Positions 50,001-57,988 of a stretch of 64,000 nt of DNA are shown piece after piece. Position numbers and translations under genes: made by a program. Each line of letters opens with the position of its first letter. Positions within the stretch are counted from its first letter, which is position 1. The notes beneath the pieces are model-generated. The model ran no database searches and was not told the DNA's origin. It was given only the letters and a program-made list of their open reading frames with translations. The stretch comes from Tubiluchus corallicola (taxonomy: Eukaryota > Animalia > Priapulida). Location of the stretch: the NCBI GenBank assembly GCA_030141605.1, contig JAQGDQ010000405.1, positions 124,001-188,000 of the forward strand, read 5' to 3'.

Positions 50001-53000
50001 ATATGGAGGACAAATTGATGAAAATCAGGTAGTTGATCCAGAGGGACAAGGCATGCAATTAGGGACAGATGATCAAGAATTGGAAGTTAACATCACATCT
50101 GGCACCGATGAACAAACATTTGTTGTTGATCAAGGTAATGCATTGGATTCCCAACAATCCACGGTAAGTGAATTCTCAGTGACTTAACAAGTGCACTGTA
50201 ATGGCAGTGCACAAAATCCATTAGTTCGAGTCAAAACTCTCATACTTGGTATTCATTTTGCCAACAGATGGTGTAATTGTTGTCAAGTCTTCCGACAAAT
50301 TTGTAATTGTCATTTCTAGAAGAATTCATGAAGCATATTTTCAGTTGAATTTCTATAAACTGAATCTTTGAATAAAAGTAACCTTGTCAACACAAAATGG
50401 AATTTGAATTTGAAAGCTGTATAAATACTTGGCGGAGAAGGAATTAGGATCTGCATTCAACCGTTTCTTAAGAGTCTGCTCCATTCACAATATTCAGTAC
50501 AGTATCTTTTTGAATGTATGGGTAGGTTGGTAAGGCTACATGTGCACTAGGTTTTTTCAAAAAGTGGGTTGGCCAGGCCACGTGACAGATGAAAGTGTTA
50601 AAATGGGTTGCAATAAAATGGATTTTCTAGGTAATCAAGCATGGAGAATTCAGCAATAGCAAAATTATGATCTTGAGACAAAGATAAAGTCAGCAAAGAT
50701 TTTTCATTGTCAGCAGTACAGTTTTGGTAATGATGCAAGATCTTAGGTTTATGACTTTGTGTTATTCACTGGCTCTAGTTCAAATTCTCTATCACCGCGT
50801 GAAATAGCTATTTGAAGGCTCACAATACATTTTGACAATGAACTATTTGCTTAGAAACTGTCTAAAGACTAGAGCAGTCAAGAATCTACAAGCAAAATTC
50901 TTTTTCTCAGCAAAATTGTGAAATTGTTGGGTTAACCAGATTCAGAGATAAATTTGTGGTCTATTCATTTCAACTAATGTGGCTTAAGAGTAATATCCCA
51001 CAGTCTTTGACTTTCCTCCATTTTTTTGTACTTTATATTATAATATACTTATATATATATGTGTGTGTGTGTATATAAAATGTATATTATATAACTTACA
51101 ATTATGATTCTTTTCTTTGGTTCAATGATTCTGCAAATATCTGAGCCATATGGTCAGCTTAATTGTTGTCCACCAAAGATTCTTTGTTTGAAAAATTAAA
51201 ATGCATTTTAAAGAAAAAAGATGCAAATAGGTTTGTGCAAATTACAAAACTGGTACGAAATTGTTTTTATATTTCAGCTAACTGTCAGTGCAGTAATTGA
51301 AATAACTGCGAAAGGTGACAGGATGGGTATAATACAGGTAAAAATTGTTTATTAATTTTCATATATATATACCCTGTACCCACTGGCAAGATCCACATAA
51401 TATAATTATCATGACAGGATGAAATAAGTCTTATTATCAAAAATCATCTAGGATGTTTGGACACTGACAGTCTTTGTGGCTAAGTTCAGATTTGTGTGCT
51501 TCCATCCCCACATGATAAATCGTCTACATCCGCTGTTGCGTGGTAAATCGCCTACTTCCGTCCTTGCATGATAAATGGCCTAATACAGTAAGGCAGATAA
51601 AATCATATAGCACAGACCCATTTGAATATTTTCTCGAGCTTGTATGGTAGCTTTTTTCTTCATCTGCACACATCCGTCTTCAGGCTATTATCACCATTAT
51701 TATCTTGTGCCTCATAAACTTTTCATTATCAACATTATAGAATTTCAGCATCTAGAAGTAAATGTATGTCCATTCCAACGGCAGAAGCTGTATCTAAAAC
51801 TGCCTATCAAATTACGGCTTTTATGTCATTAACATACAACCTTAACTCGACCGCTGCATGGTCGGAGTGACAGATATTACTGTCTAAGTTTTATAATAAA
51901 CGTACACACAGTTCTGGCAGTTTACTACATGATACCTGAAATATAGTGACCCTGTTATCTAAATACCCATCTATATTGGTTGTTGACAATACATGAATTA
52001 TCATCTCAGTAAAAACTTTGGCAGCATACATGTATATATTTATACATGATTGCTTCCAAAGTGTTGTCGGCTACATGTTTTAAGTAGAAAGAAATAATTG
52101 CTGGTGACAAAAATTGGCTTGCATTTGACAAGGAAAAACAAGACAAAACCAGCCAATTTGTAAGTTGCTATTCTTTTCACAGGTATCTCAGGTGGCATGT
52201 CTGGAAAGCAAATTCGAGCCTACTTGCAAAAAAACCTTCTAGATCACTAGATTGCAAATTTATATATAGAATCTCCCCCAAAAGGTCGCATTAAATCTGC
52301 TGATATTACAGAGTCATATAGCAAACATTTATTTGAACTAATTCTTTTTTGTGTCGGCTGCACCAGAGTATTATGCACAGTGCAAAGCTTTGATATAGCT
52401 TGATTGGGTTTACAATACAATGAGGGTAAATAGTGAACTAGTCTGTCAGATATACTATATTAATCTTTGGGTACTTTTCAGTAAATCCAAGTTTTTCTTG
52501 CTCCTTGAAAACCTGAGCTTAACTCAAAACTAAGCACAATTGTCCTTTAATCGTTCACTAACGAAGTCAACTGTCCTAACAGTAAAATATAGTTTTCAGG
52601 CAACTCACAATTATTACTATGCCAAAGAAAAAACATTATAGTATCCTTGACTAAACTCAGCAGGTTTGTTGAACTGTCACAAAGCTTCATCACTATTACA
52701 AATTAATTGGCATTCTATTAAACTCAGTGCTCTAAGAACTACTTTGTTAATTTCAAAGGGTTCAGTTTTTTGTGAAATCTTCAGCTCGTTAGCTTTGATT
52801 CATTGGCAACAGTTGTCTGTCATTTTTGTCTATGTAAAAATAATCTGATCATGCATATACAGACTTTTGCAGTTTACTTGGTGTGTTTAAGTATATTCTG
52901 CATACGTATTTACAGTGATGTTTGTGAGTAAACTTTTGAGGCAGTGGAGTGGAGCGGCTAGCCCGTTAAAGTGCATGATTGGTTTCCTGATCACTCTATT

Positions 53001-55324
53001 GTCCAACACAAATGGTGCAATGTACCATTTTATTTATCACTGTAGCTATCTACATTACATTATTGTAAATTAGTTGTGTAGTGTTGGAATATATATAGTG
53101 AAATTAACTTTTTTGGGTCTGTAAGCTTTTGCTACATTTTGCATGGGTTCATGGTGTAACTGGTCTCAATAAGCACGGATTACATTATATTTCATAATTT
53201 TTGTAGGTTTCTACTCCTCACACATTGGATTTTTATGCAAAGTTACACATGAAATGCATTTGCTTACAATATGCAATGTACAGTATCGCTTGTGTGAAAT
53301 CGGCTAATGCAGAAAATTTCAACTATCCAGAGTCAACACTCTGATGCACTTTGGCTTCAAGTCTACTCCATTTTTAAGGAGGAATTGTTGTTAACAGATG
53401 AAACGACCTTAATTTGTCCTTGGCTGATCTGGAATCAATAAAATCAGGGGATCAATAAAATAGTGTGTCATGCAAGTGTACGCCAGACTAAGCTACTCAA
53501 TAGACTAAGTTGGAGTGCTTGAAAAGGGCATGTTGCTCTTAATTTTATCCAATTAAATCACATATAAATGTTTAAACAAATAGCGAGATTTTCCTGAAAA
53601 GATCACTACCTAAATTGTAATAAATTAGTTATGTGTGTGCTCAGTAGCATGAAAGTCTTATAAGACCTATTTTGAATGGTGCTGTCCTGTAGGAGTGAGT
53701 TAACTAACGTTATATTTGAACATTTGTACACGTAAGCAATCATTCGTTTTTGGATGTCGCTTTACATATTATCCAATGCCCTGCTACTGCACAATTCCGA
53801 GTAACCAGTTATACTGGAATTTTACATAGCAATGTAGTAGATTGTATAGATAAAAGCTTAAAATAAGAAAAGAAAGTAACTTAGGAAAAATAAACAGGTG
53901 TTCTAAGAAACAAAGAGACAGTATTTTGAGTAGCACGCCATGGTAGGTGATTCGATTTTTTCTACAACTATGCAGCTGAACACAGTACGTTATACAAAGT
54001 GTAGTCTTTCTTCTTCAGTTCTTCCTTTTTCATTAGCACACCAAAAGCTTAACATTTGTTTAATTTATTGTATTCAGTAAAATGATAAATAAAATGTACA
54101 CTCACTTAAACCACAAACAAAATCTTAATTTGATGTGTCTGCTATTTTCTGCATTATTTCAGTTCAACTGGAGCCTTTGCTGACATTGTTGCTAAGCCAG
54201 CAATATGTGAGCTCTAAAAATAAAAGCAGGAGAGAGAGCCTGACAGAACTGGATTGTTATAAAAACTAAAAGCAAAATAATTATATTACTAAAGTGACAG
54301 AAATCTATTAATAAGGACGAAAGTGAGATAAGTATTGATGACTACTCCAGAATTGCGTTAAAGCTATATTTAAAGTTGGGTCTATGATGAATTCCAAAAA
54401 ATTTATCCAGACACGTAACTCCGAATTCACTTACGTCAGTGTTATCTCGGCATGCTTGATGAATCCCACCAAGATATTTACATGCACACATTTCACACAT
54501 AAGTGTGATTTTACAAGTAAGTGTCATTGATAAATCTGGTCCAGTTTGATACTGGTACGTTTCTGTCAAACTACACAAACATCTCCATTTTCACTTATTT
54601 TGGACTGTAGTTTTTCACAAAGACCCAAATATAAAAAAACCACAAAGGAAGGTAAGAAAATTGGGTAATTTCAGCATAATATTAATTGGTGAGAATAATA
54701 AAGCTTTAAAGCTGTGGCCATGGAAACTATAATTGTCCAGCCATGAATACGCACATAAGTATGGAATGTGTTAGATTGCTGAGTACTCAAAGATAACACT
54801 TTCAGACGTTTCACCTTACAGCTAGTAAATCGAAAGATGCTGGTAGGATGCCTTAATACCATTAAATAACATTGGATCAGTTTAATGTTTAATTATATTA
54901 AATAGCCAAGGTTTCCAATGTAGTTTAGGGATATGAACCTGAACATTTTCATGTTCATTAAGTTTTTTTTACTAAAAATTTATGCAACTTCTTTATTGTA
55001 GATTTTGACACAGTTCATGCAGATCAATATATCCATTACATATAGTGTGACCACCAAAGTTAACACGTCTTTGTTAGAACAAGTCGAGAATCAGTTGACT
55101 AGCCAGTTTCAATCATTGGGCTCAAATCTTGATGAGGATATATTCGGAGAACAACAAGAAAACGGACAAACGAGTGAGCAGAAAGTTCGAAAGCGACGTC
55201 AGTTAGCAGCTATTCGAAGACGACGTCAGGTTCTGAAAAGAAGGCCTATATCTAGATCATTTGATCTCAAACTAACTTTACGCCGTCCCAGGGAAAAATA
55301 TTTTCAACTGCAGATTTGCGCAAA
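1152..55324 (+). CDS. CD109: CD109-like thioester-containing protein (alpha-2-macroglobulin/TEP family), partial multi-exon gene; 5' and 3' exons lie outside the window
   Basis: 19 GT-AG exons join in frame: 1152-1322, 8880-9068, 10700-10849, 16411-16488, 21892-22103, 29411-29528, 29720-30196, 30785-31183, 32318-32492, 38114-38296, 42754-42835, 42996-43152, 43798-43914, 44861-45200, 45448-45525, 46051-46235, 49870-50163, 51278-51337, 55023-55324. Motifs in A2M order: SNAFLQI, VDKSVRLL, FPETWMW, VPDTITTW, FRPFFIVLNLPY, ACGEQ, SFSAFG, WLTAFV, LTAYV, DVEMTAY, GGFVSTQDSVVGLQ, RRRR..FDL..C. Family assignment is firm; orthology to CD109 is only likely. Confidence 0.9.
2191..2662. mobile_element. 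hAT-Charlie-like non-autonomous element (MITE)
   Basis: Imperfect TIRs TAGTGGTTCCCAACCT / AGGTTCGGAACCCATG; flanks tattaaaa / ttttaaac resemble a decayed 8-bp TSD. Confidence 0.6.
3012..4604 (-). mobile_element. Head-to-tail dimer of non-autonomous Helitron family A (units 3012-3818 and 3819-4604)
   Basis: On the minus strand each unit starts TC, has a (TA)n tract and ends with hairpin GCAAAA-TC-TTTTGC then GGGGCCTTTG-CTAG. The junction is CTAG|TC and the flanks are A^T with no TSD. Confidence 0.88.
5072..5171. repeat. Tandem duplication of 49 bp (period 51)
   Basis: ATTGACAAGTATTGTCCAGTCAGCGGACAAACTCATCGTGCTTTTTGAT occurs at 5072 and 5123. Confidence 0.9.
5906..6119. repeat. ~210-bp dispersed repeat, copy 2 (copy 1 at 546-750)
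   Basis: Direct near-identical copy of 546-750. Confidence 0.85.
6300..6660 (-). mobile_element. LINE reverse transcriptase fragment (decayed)
   Basis: WIACFLTQRKCHVVI...VTSGVPQ...LLFIN resembles the non-LTR RT GVPQG region. Confidence 0.6.
8880..9068 (+). CDS. CD109-like exon (VSCKGSIV...EMAPKSNIVAFYV...FIADGLEFDVDGAFKNT)
   Basis: tttacag| acceptor, ACG|gtaaaa donor. MAP..(L)VYYV..E(I)VAD-type MG motif. Confidence 0.9.
10700..10849 (+). CDS. CD109-like exon (ITVSW...PNSFVGFLTVDKSVRLLKADGDITKKR)
   Basis: ttcttag| acceptor, CGG|gtgggt donor. Matches the PNS.VG..AVD.SV.LL motif. Not in the ORF track. Confidence 0.9.
11640..16170 (+). mobile_element. Rex1/Babar-like LINE, near full length, decayed, interrupted by a P-like element
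   Basis: Endonuclease remnants KRGWRGG, LPSMYLMNV, GGGVCILVNDAWC, CHPFYLPRE, then ITGDF.HANLK from ~14050. RT motifs QFAYRANRSTDDA, ARILFVDFSSAFNTI, APQGCVLSP.LY.LFT, KFVDDTT. 3' end CAATAAA followed by (ACTT)n. Confidence 0.88.
12291..14050 (+). mobile_element. P-element-like (THAP9-type) DNA transposon remnant nested in the LINE
   Basis: THAP domain split by an intron: MPDRCCVPG...VSFHTVP...KW|gtgagt at 12508-12624, then ...RIC*LHFVEDDF at ~12890-12970. Transposase C-terminus YLLTGNLQSDLIERHSGWYRQMAGGNYFISVRQ (ORF 13104-13571). The central transposase and right end appear deleted. Confidence 0.8.
16411..16488 (+). CDS. CD109-like exon (VIDELAEYRKAFDFKGDVDSAGDVIQ)
   Basis: tttcag| acceptor, CAA|gtgagt donor, phase 0. 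Fits the V..EL..Y linker before DAG(L)VV. Confidence 0.8.
17870..18725 (-). mobile_element. Decayed Helitron family B copy (CA-rich minisatellite body) interrupted by a solo LTR
   Basis: Reverse complement matches family B at 40303-40972 (GATGATGAC, CACCAAC, AAAACATTTT, CAAAG(C/T)TGAAA), and the match continues across the solo LTR. Confidence 0.6.
18271..18691 (-). mobile_element. Solo LTR of the same BEL/Pao family as 22840-29134
   Basis: T(T)TGAGAGACTACTACT ... CCTTCACA with internal blocks matching the BEL LTRs (AACTTACATCATGGCT, AAATGGTTTAACTGAGAC, AGAACAGACTGCCAAC). 5-bp TSD TTGTA at 18266-18270 and 18692-18696. Confidence 0.9.
18930..19458 (-). mobile_element. Diverged Helitron family A fragment
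   Basis: Colinear similarity to 3290-3770 (GTGGAC, GAATTCTAAAT, CACTAGATCAAG, GAGCTACAG), ending in (TA)n. Confidence 0.65.
19459..20473. mobile_element. Non-autonomous TIR DNA transposon inserted in a (TA)n tract
   Basis: TIRs TGTTACAGGCAAAGTGTGAAAT / TTTTACACATTGCCTGTAACA with TA on both sides; subterminal GGCATT..ATACAATGC repeats. Superfamily not determined. Confidence 0.75.
20560..21525 (+). mobile_element. hAT transposase 3' remnant
   Basis: About 21250-21340 translates KLIKRYRRNTISQRTLNSLTLLAIERDF (hAT dimerisation motif). The left boundary is uncertain. Confidence 0.55.
21892..22103 (+). CDS. CD109-like exon with bait-like region and FPETW motif
   Basis: DAGMVVMSDA...RVRHIFPETWMWINATTKA; donor GC|gtaagt, phase 2. 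Confidence 0.92.
22282..22736. mobile_element. Tc1/mariner (pogo/Tigger-like) MITE
   Basis: Perfect 28-bp TIR CCGTATTTTCCCGTGTATAAGAGACCCT with TA target duplication on both sides. Confidence 0.92.
22840..23246 (-). repeat. 3' LTR of the BEL/Pao element
   Basis: TGTGAGAGAC...CCTTCACA, next to the PPT; minus-strand AATAAA near 22900. Confidence 0.95.
23309..24985 (-). pseudogene. BEL pol remnant (RT, truncated RNase H region, integrase C-terminal half)
   Basis: Fragments 24489-24944 (RT), 23885-24499 and 23309-23671 are separated by frameshifts. An in-frame junction ...ERWQCWL|YTMETDS... at ~24064 removes RNase H and the integrase N-terminal half. Confidence 0.88.
24986..27958 (-). CDS. Glycogenin-Gag-protease fusion ORF (990 codons) of the BEL/Pao element
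   Basis: One uninterrupted frame: GT8 glycogenin (about aa 17-267), PAM2-like LSAMAPHFIP, BEL capsid region, CLMCKENHHLRAC / CFNCLNPGRHRAVQC / CNQANCKRRHSDLLH, aspartic protease AFLDGGSNRSF, and the VEKFWRLE pre-RT segment. Confidence 0.92.
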   Translation of the reverse strand: MTEWFKKSSLCDRISVDEAYVTLATNDQYATAALVLANSLKQTGTQRQLVIMISADVTVQMKALLQKTFDQVETFDIIDSLDHGNLSALGRPELGVSFTKLHCWKLTQFSKCVFLDADTLVMANIDDLFQRQELSAAPDVGWPDLFNSGVFVFKPDVTTYEQLVAFACQNGSFDGGDQGLLNMFFRKWAGDFDKHLPYTYNMVNVDDDARYGYIPAMRQFERDVKVVHFIGQQKPWMNMDVLRRHEASHFSRYVDVWRHIYQTRVQPLMHDFRKFKHENRSENMPPSRQMRNLSAMAPHFIPHRASPTNGNNIHMEGSTPRFAANIMDEPSTSHNPDLNAMINFMMEGQRQQNSIYQTLHLPKVEVEVFDGNPLHYWRFMRRLEASIECYTTDESARFSRLLQLCTGRAKQVIERCNYMEPHTAYAHAKRLLAERFGQPYIITQAWVNKLKEFGSIMPSEPEKLRDFSDLLNSCIETLWSMNSLGELNTQANILHAIKKLPYKYQSRWQTKVTQTARLEHRNPDMFDVKNFVQEVSEEMSHPVYGCLSDTRKVSKRGSDNAKHYKNRKDPVNSFVSYSSSSVVTPSKEKRPDQPASKTCLMCKENHHLRACGKFKKMTDDARLKYVKEKHLCFNCLNPGRHRAVQCRRQGCNQANCKRRHSDLLHAALESWTPSDANKQKGTQTSEAMEADATVCASSALSIKEKIVLPVVAVTVTSEGSTKSISTYAFLDGGSNRSFCCKRLLKLLGLKGHKTSLTLSTLGRKQTTSVEKISLTVRGNNCGEAKEAIKLNTVYAIDAFPSLTESIVKKTDLSTLDHLSDLSFPDVDFNCVMLLIGQDVPVALAPLEVRLGSSPMDPYAIRTALGWTLNGPIGGGRQSLCYIANYAHVDIDNDHILSTQVEKFWRLERCINDDDETVTHSKQDKRALKIWENSIVKTADNHYQLAIPFKEHDPNLEDNRPMAESRLSSLKIRLSKHPELHKKYSAETTIC
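27158..27910 (-). other. GYG1: Captured intronless glycogenin catalytic domain (glycosyltransferase family 8)
   Basis: Colinear with glycogenin-1 as I recall it: AYVTLATND.Y, RPELGVSFTKLHCW.LTQFSKCVFLDADTLV.ANIDDLF, ELSAAPD.GWPD.FNSGVFV, GSFDGGDQGLLN.FF, HLPY.YN, YGYIPA (acceptor Tyr), KVVHFIG..KPW. The symbol denotes homology, not a host locus. Confidence 0.95.
27955..28485 (-). CDS. BEL gag N-terminus: SAP-like domain plus coiled coil (separated from the rest of gag by a 1-nt frameshift)
   Basis: LKTKTREQLKEILRQKGLAVGGIEAELVERI matches the SAP consensus; ELKIQECELKLQALKVKQKRLE is coiled-coil-like. Overlaps the next ORF by 4 nt (CTAAAGTGACAG). Confidence 0.75.
   Translation of the reverse strand: MFIMAEPKFYELAEKQYTEEELKTKTREQLKEILRQKGLAVGGIEAELVERIIAHHVPAVDSPPPTGSFKAEATVSHMQQLHATGNMGEQHTTSTRSRISKSGCSSFKTGGKLSENSRKLKDNELKIQECELKLQALKVKQKRLENESNLGSDIHKLTASQKSFKVKVDEVASKLK
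28727..29134 (-). repeat. 5' LTR of the BEL/Pao element
   Basis: Direct repeat of 22840-23246, followed by TSD CTGAT. Confidence 0.95.
29411..29528 (+). CDS. CD109-like exon (ESGEIVAEISVPDTITTWLATAFSM...LGIGI)
   Basis: ttttgtag| acceptor, phase 2, matching the previous exon; PDTITTW motif; GCG|gtaagg donor. Confidence 0.92.
29720..30196 (+). CDS. CD109-like exon (MG7 start LTVFRPFFIVLNLPY...IFNY) with GKGQQE(V/A/I) heptad repeat insertion
   Basis: ggcag| acceptor, ATT|gtaagt donor; 21-bp tandem GGCAAAGGTCAGCAGGAAGTT. Confidence 0.9.
30785..31183 (+). CDS. CD109-like exon (IKSGEGKTFIFPI...LPIQVHARA...DEVLRHLLVK) with GGKGQ heptad repeat insertion
   Basis: ctag| acceptor, AAG|gtatga donor; D.V.R.LLVK motif at the end of MG7. 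Confidence 0.88.
32318..32492 (+). CDS. CD109-like exon (NIGVIRVV...IELPPDIEKCCQQIEVQVTG)
   Basis: tttag| acceptor, G|gttag donor, phase 1, joining the next exon as G-DLVGSAL. Confidence 0.8.
32790..35560 (+). mobile_element. Decayed LINE (L2/CR1 group) with ORF1 zinc knuckles and RT
   Basis: ORF1 CEKFGHVAKWC / CTKCSKQHKSEDC / CVNCNGDH. RT PISLLPVFSKIYE, FGFRK, GALQGSVLEPLLFLIYIN, ADDTTL, LSLNVSKTKYILF. Confidence 0.8.
35950..37790 (+). mobile_element. Decayed CR1-like LINE ORF2 3' half
   Basis: KKGDPADPLNYCPISLT, PQGSVPEPILFILFINDLP, KDLGI, IERVQRYFRRRL, RVHNYKL, FANRIVPIWNDL; T-rich tail. Confidence 0.8.
38114..38296 (+). CDS. CD109-like thioester exon (GDLVGSAL...PMACGEQAMISMGPNTYITKYL)
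   Basis: aatag| acceptor; CGEQ thioester core (ACGEQ at 38176-38190); A|gtaatg donor. Confidence 0.95.
38850..42090 (+). mobile_element. Composite Helitron array B-A-B-A-A' (B ~38850-39474, A 39476-40302, B 40303-40972, A 40973-41817, partial A from 41818)
   Basis: B units carry a (TGGTG)n minisatellite and end CACAAAA-TTC-TTTTTGTG-GGGTTTGG-CTAG. A units end with a CGCAAAA..TTTTGCG hairpin then GGGCCTTTG-CTA(G/T). Junctions at 40972/3 and 41817/8 are CTAG|TC. Confidence 0.85.
42754..42835 (+). CDS. CD109-like TED exon (YAKELTFQRFDKSFSAFGNQDAHGSVW)
   Basis: ctttag| acceptor, TG|gtaag donor; Y..EL.Y...DGS.SAFG motif. Confidence 0.92.
42996..43152 (+). CDS. CD109-like TED exon (LTAFVVKVF...FPEKGHVYHYLVQ) with catalytic-position His
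   Basis: cttag| acceptor completes W-LTAFV; CAG|gtttgt donor. Confidence 0.92.
43380..43620 (+). mobile_element. Helitron family A 5' fragment
   Basis: ATTAATTTTGGTGGTA-(TA)n-AAGATTCGAGGCTGCAGC..GGCACCATTTG matches the family A 5' end. Confidence 0.7.
43798..43914 (+). CDS. CD109-like TED exon (GLIYRDVD...TLTAYVTIALNE...)
   Basis: ttgttag| acceptor, GAG|gtacaa donor; LTAYV.IAL.E motif. Confidence 0.88.
44861..45200 (+). CDS. CD109-like TED exon with SGNGQQE heptad repeats, then ARQYLE...DPYALAVTAYALSL
   Basis: tttttacag|CAGCAG acceptor, G|gtatg donor; Y.LA..AYAL.L motif. Confidence 0.9.
45448..45525 (+). CDS. CD109-like 78-bp Gln-rich exon (GVVQQKPDGQQQTEGQQQQGQFDQQLG)
   Basis: aatcag| acceptor, G|gtatg donor, phase 1-1, open frame, composition like the neighbouring Q-rich repeats. 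Confidence 0.7.
46051..46235 (+). CDS. CD109-like TED exon (SMRFW...DVEMTAYVLL...IVRWLIQQQSSLGGFVSTQ)
   Basis: tttag| acceptor, CAG|gtaatt donor; canonical VE.TAY and GGF.STQ motifs. Confidence 0.95.
48580..49177 (+). mobile_element. Diverged Helitron family A copy
   Basis: Colinear with 39590-40300 (CCGGGAGAAAC, CATAGGCATATTTAGAATTC, GTTCTAGTGGCGCCTGGTG, GGCTTTGCGTT), ending GTTGGCTAG|T. Confidence 0.65.
49870..50163 (+). CDS. CD109-like exon (DSVVGLQSLSEY...) with acidic GGQIDE insert
   Basis: ttccag| acceptor completes STQ|DSVVGLQ (cf. STQDTVVALQAL); ACG|gtaagt donor. Confidence 0.9.
51278..51337 (+). CDS. CD109-like exon (LTVSAVIEITAKGDRMGIIQ)
   Basis: tttcag| acceptor, CAG|gtaaaa donor; fits the V...A.G.G...Q strand of the CUB region. 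Confidence 0.75.
55023..55324 (+). CDS. CD109-like exon with furin-type RKRR/RRRR sites and MG8 start (SFDLKL...LQICAK)
   Basis: Donor AA|gtaagt. The acceptor is 55023 or an alternative in-frame AG giving 55002. Layout Y.V...RRRR...FDL...C matches CD109. Confidence 0.85.
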
Positions 55325-56599
55325 GTAAGTACCATAATAGTTTGTTTTAGTTGTTGTATTTGTAGAGTCTTTCGAGTGTTCATCACTCTTGCTTCTAGCA
55401 TTTTTAGTCTCCACCCAGTCCATTAGTATATTTAACAACTAATCACTCATTTAAGCAAAACCAGACCTAGTATGAAAGTGTAGTTCAAAACAATTTAACC
55501 TGCAAATTAATGAAAGGGAACAATAGGAAATAAAACATTCCGGGAACTAAACAATAAGTTAAGTGAAAGAATTGCTAGCGTAGGAACCTAATTTTCCCTT
55601 CACGTCTTTGCTGTTATGCGCCTTTCACCATTCGTTAGTTAGATGAGCACTAGTGCCTACATTTCGGTTACGCACAAAGAACAGGTGCTGCACCTCTCGG
55701 TTCAAATGTTGGTTGGTTGTAAGATAGTACAAATTAGCACAGCGATAAAGTTAAAATTTAAATTTCTAAAGTTAGAATTGTCTCAGTTTTGCATATCATT
55801 TTGAATATTGTACAGTACTACTGTACTTCTGTTTTCGCTGTTGTAAGCATGTGCAACTTTTGTGCTATTTAAAATCATGTCATTTGTGACATCATCACTA
55901 GCTGCGCTCCTAGCCTATTAATTAAGTTTTTAACCTATAATTTAATTATCAAAAACACTTTGGTATTCTTACAGGTGCTAATTTGCTAAAACATATGCTT
56001 TTTACTGTACTTCAAAATAGTGTAGGAAATGGAAAGTGGAATTTAGAGCATAACTTTTCTTAGTCCAAATATTTCTAAAGCTTGTTGTAGTACACAAGTA
56101 TTTAGAGAAAAACGGTTATTTAGTCTAACAGGTCAAGTTAAGCTAAGTACAAAAATAATGTTCTAGATAATTAAACACTACTTCTAGTGTTTTTGGTTTA
56201 ATGTTTTTTTGCATATGAACAGTAAACACACTAATTACTAATACAGAAGTCCCAAGTTTCTTGCAGATTTGGATAGCCAACACGTGTAAAAAACCTTTCA
56301 GGGTTATATCATGTGCTTCTATTGAAACAAAGTTATTTGTGGCGCTAGCACAACACTTAAAAATATAAATGATTTAGTGTTCTATATATATATTTATATG
56401 TGTGTGCGTGCGTGTGTGTGTGTGTGTGTGTGTGCGTGCGTGCGTGTGTGAATTTGTTGGTTTTAGGACCGAGCTATTACAGCAAAATAGTGACTTCCCT
56501 ATACAAAACTTTATCAGTGTGTACAGAAAGCTTTCTCTTGCAACCATTCAATGTTTTGCTATTACATCCTATTTACATAATATTGGATAGCACCCTTGA

Positions 56600-57988
56600 A
56601 GTTGTTCTCTGTAGATGCATCTACTGCTGCTTGAGGAAGCTCATTCCAAGCATTAACAATTCTTTGGCTAAAAAAGAATTTTCTCAGATCCGGATTAGCC
56701 CTTTTCTTGTGTATCTGCATAATGTGGTGCCTTGATGACCTATTTGAATTCCCGGAATTCGAAAAAGTTTCCAGTCAACTTTGTCAATGCCCTTTGTGAA
56801 CTTGAATTAAATCAGTACATGCTCTTCAGTACAAATAGTAAGCGTTTGTAATTTTAGTTGATGTAAACGATCACAGTATGGCCGGGCTTGCATTCCAAAC
56901 AACATCCGAGTTGCTGTTTTCTGGACGCCTCAATCAAACGTATATATTTTACATAATGCGAGTTCCAAACCCGGCTACCATATTCCAGGATTGAGCGAAC
57001 TGTGGATTTGTAAAGTGTAATTATAATGCTTGCATGCCTGTTACATAACGTTCTGTGAATCATTCCTAGAATGGCATTTGCTTTTTTAACTTTGTTTGAA
57101 ATATGCGTTGCAGATTTCAAATCAGATGAAAGTATTATGCCTAAATCTGTTTCCTGCTGTACCTCTGTCAGCAGTGTGTTATGTAAGAAACGATCCTGTT
57201 TCAGGTTTGAAAAGCCCAAATGTAGCAATTTACATTTATTTTCATGAAATAGCATTTGCCATCCTAGTGACCAGCTATACAATTTATTTAATTATTGTTA
57301 TAGTCATAAAATGGTAATTTCCTATGCACTCACATAACTTACAATCATCAGCAAATTTTGACATTTTGCTGACTTCTCCATCATCAGTATCATTGACATA
57401 AATTAACAAAACAAGGGTTTGAGAACAGACCCCTGCGGAACCCTAGATGTTACTAGTGCAACATGAGAAGTTTTGTTTCTGACAGCCGTATGCTGTGTCA
57501 CACAGCCAGCATGCAGTAATTTACCACTTATGTCGTAGGCTTTACAATTAATCTCTCATGGGGCTTTGCAAAAATCTATGTATATTATATCATATCTACT
57601 GGTATTGCCGTGTCGAGGTTTGATGTAATATAATCATAAAATCTAACAAATTTGTAACACAAGATCTACCTTTTACAAACCCATGTTGAGTATCATTAAT
57701 TAAATTATTATCGATTAAATGCTGAAGTATATAATTGTATCTTTTATAAAATTTTCTAGAATCTTACCAACAACTGACATTAACAATATTGGTCTATAGT
57801 TATTTGTATTGTCTTTTCTGCCATCTTTGTAAATAGGCGTCACATTCCTTAAGAATACAACTTGTCAGGCCCTGGCGACTTACTTCTGTTCAATGTCGTT
57901 AATTTATCCCTCACTCTGCCAATTGTTATGTCAGCGATATAGTCTAGGACAATGTTACATCTGAAAGGCATATCTGGTATATTAGTTA
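56600..57988 (-). mobile_element. CR1-like LINE RT remnant, interrupted at 57989 by the Gypsy element
   Basis: KSPGPD, NYRPI, QHGFVKGRSCVTNL, VPQG, ADDCK, WQMLFHENKCKLLHLG, DLGIILSSDLK, LYKSTVRSILEY. Confidence 0.82.
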
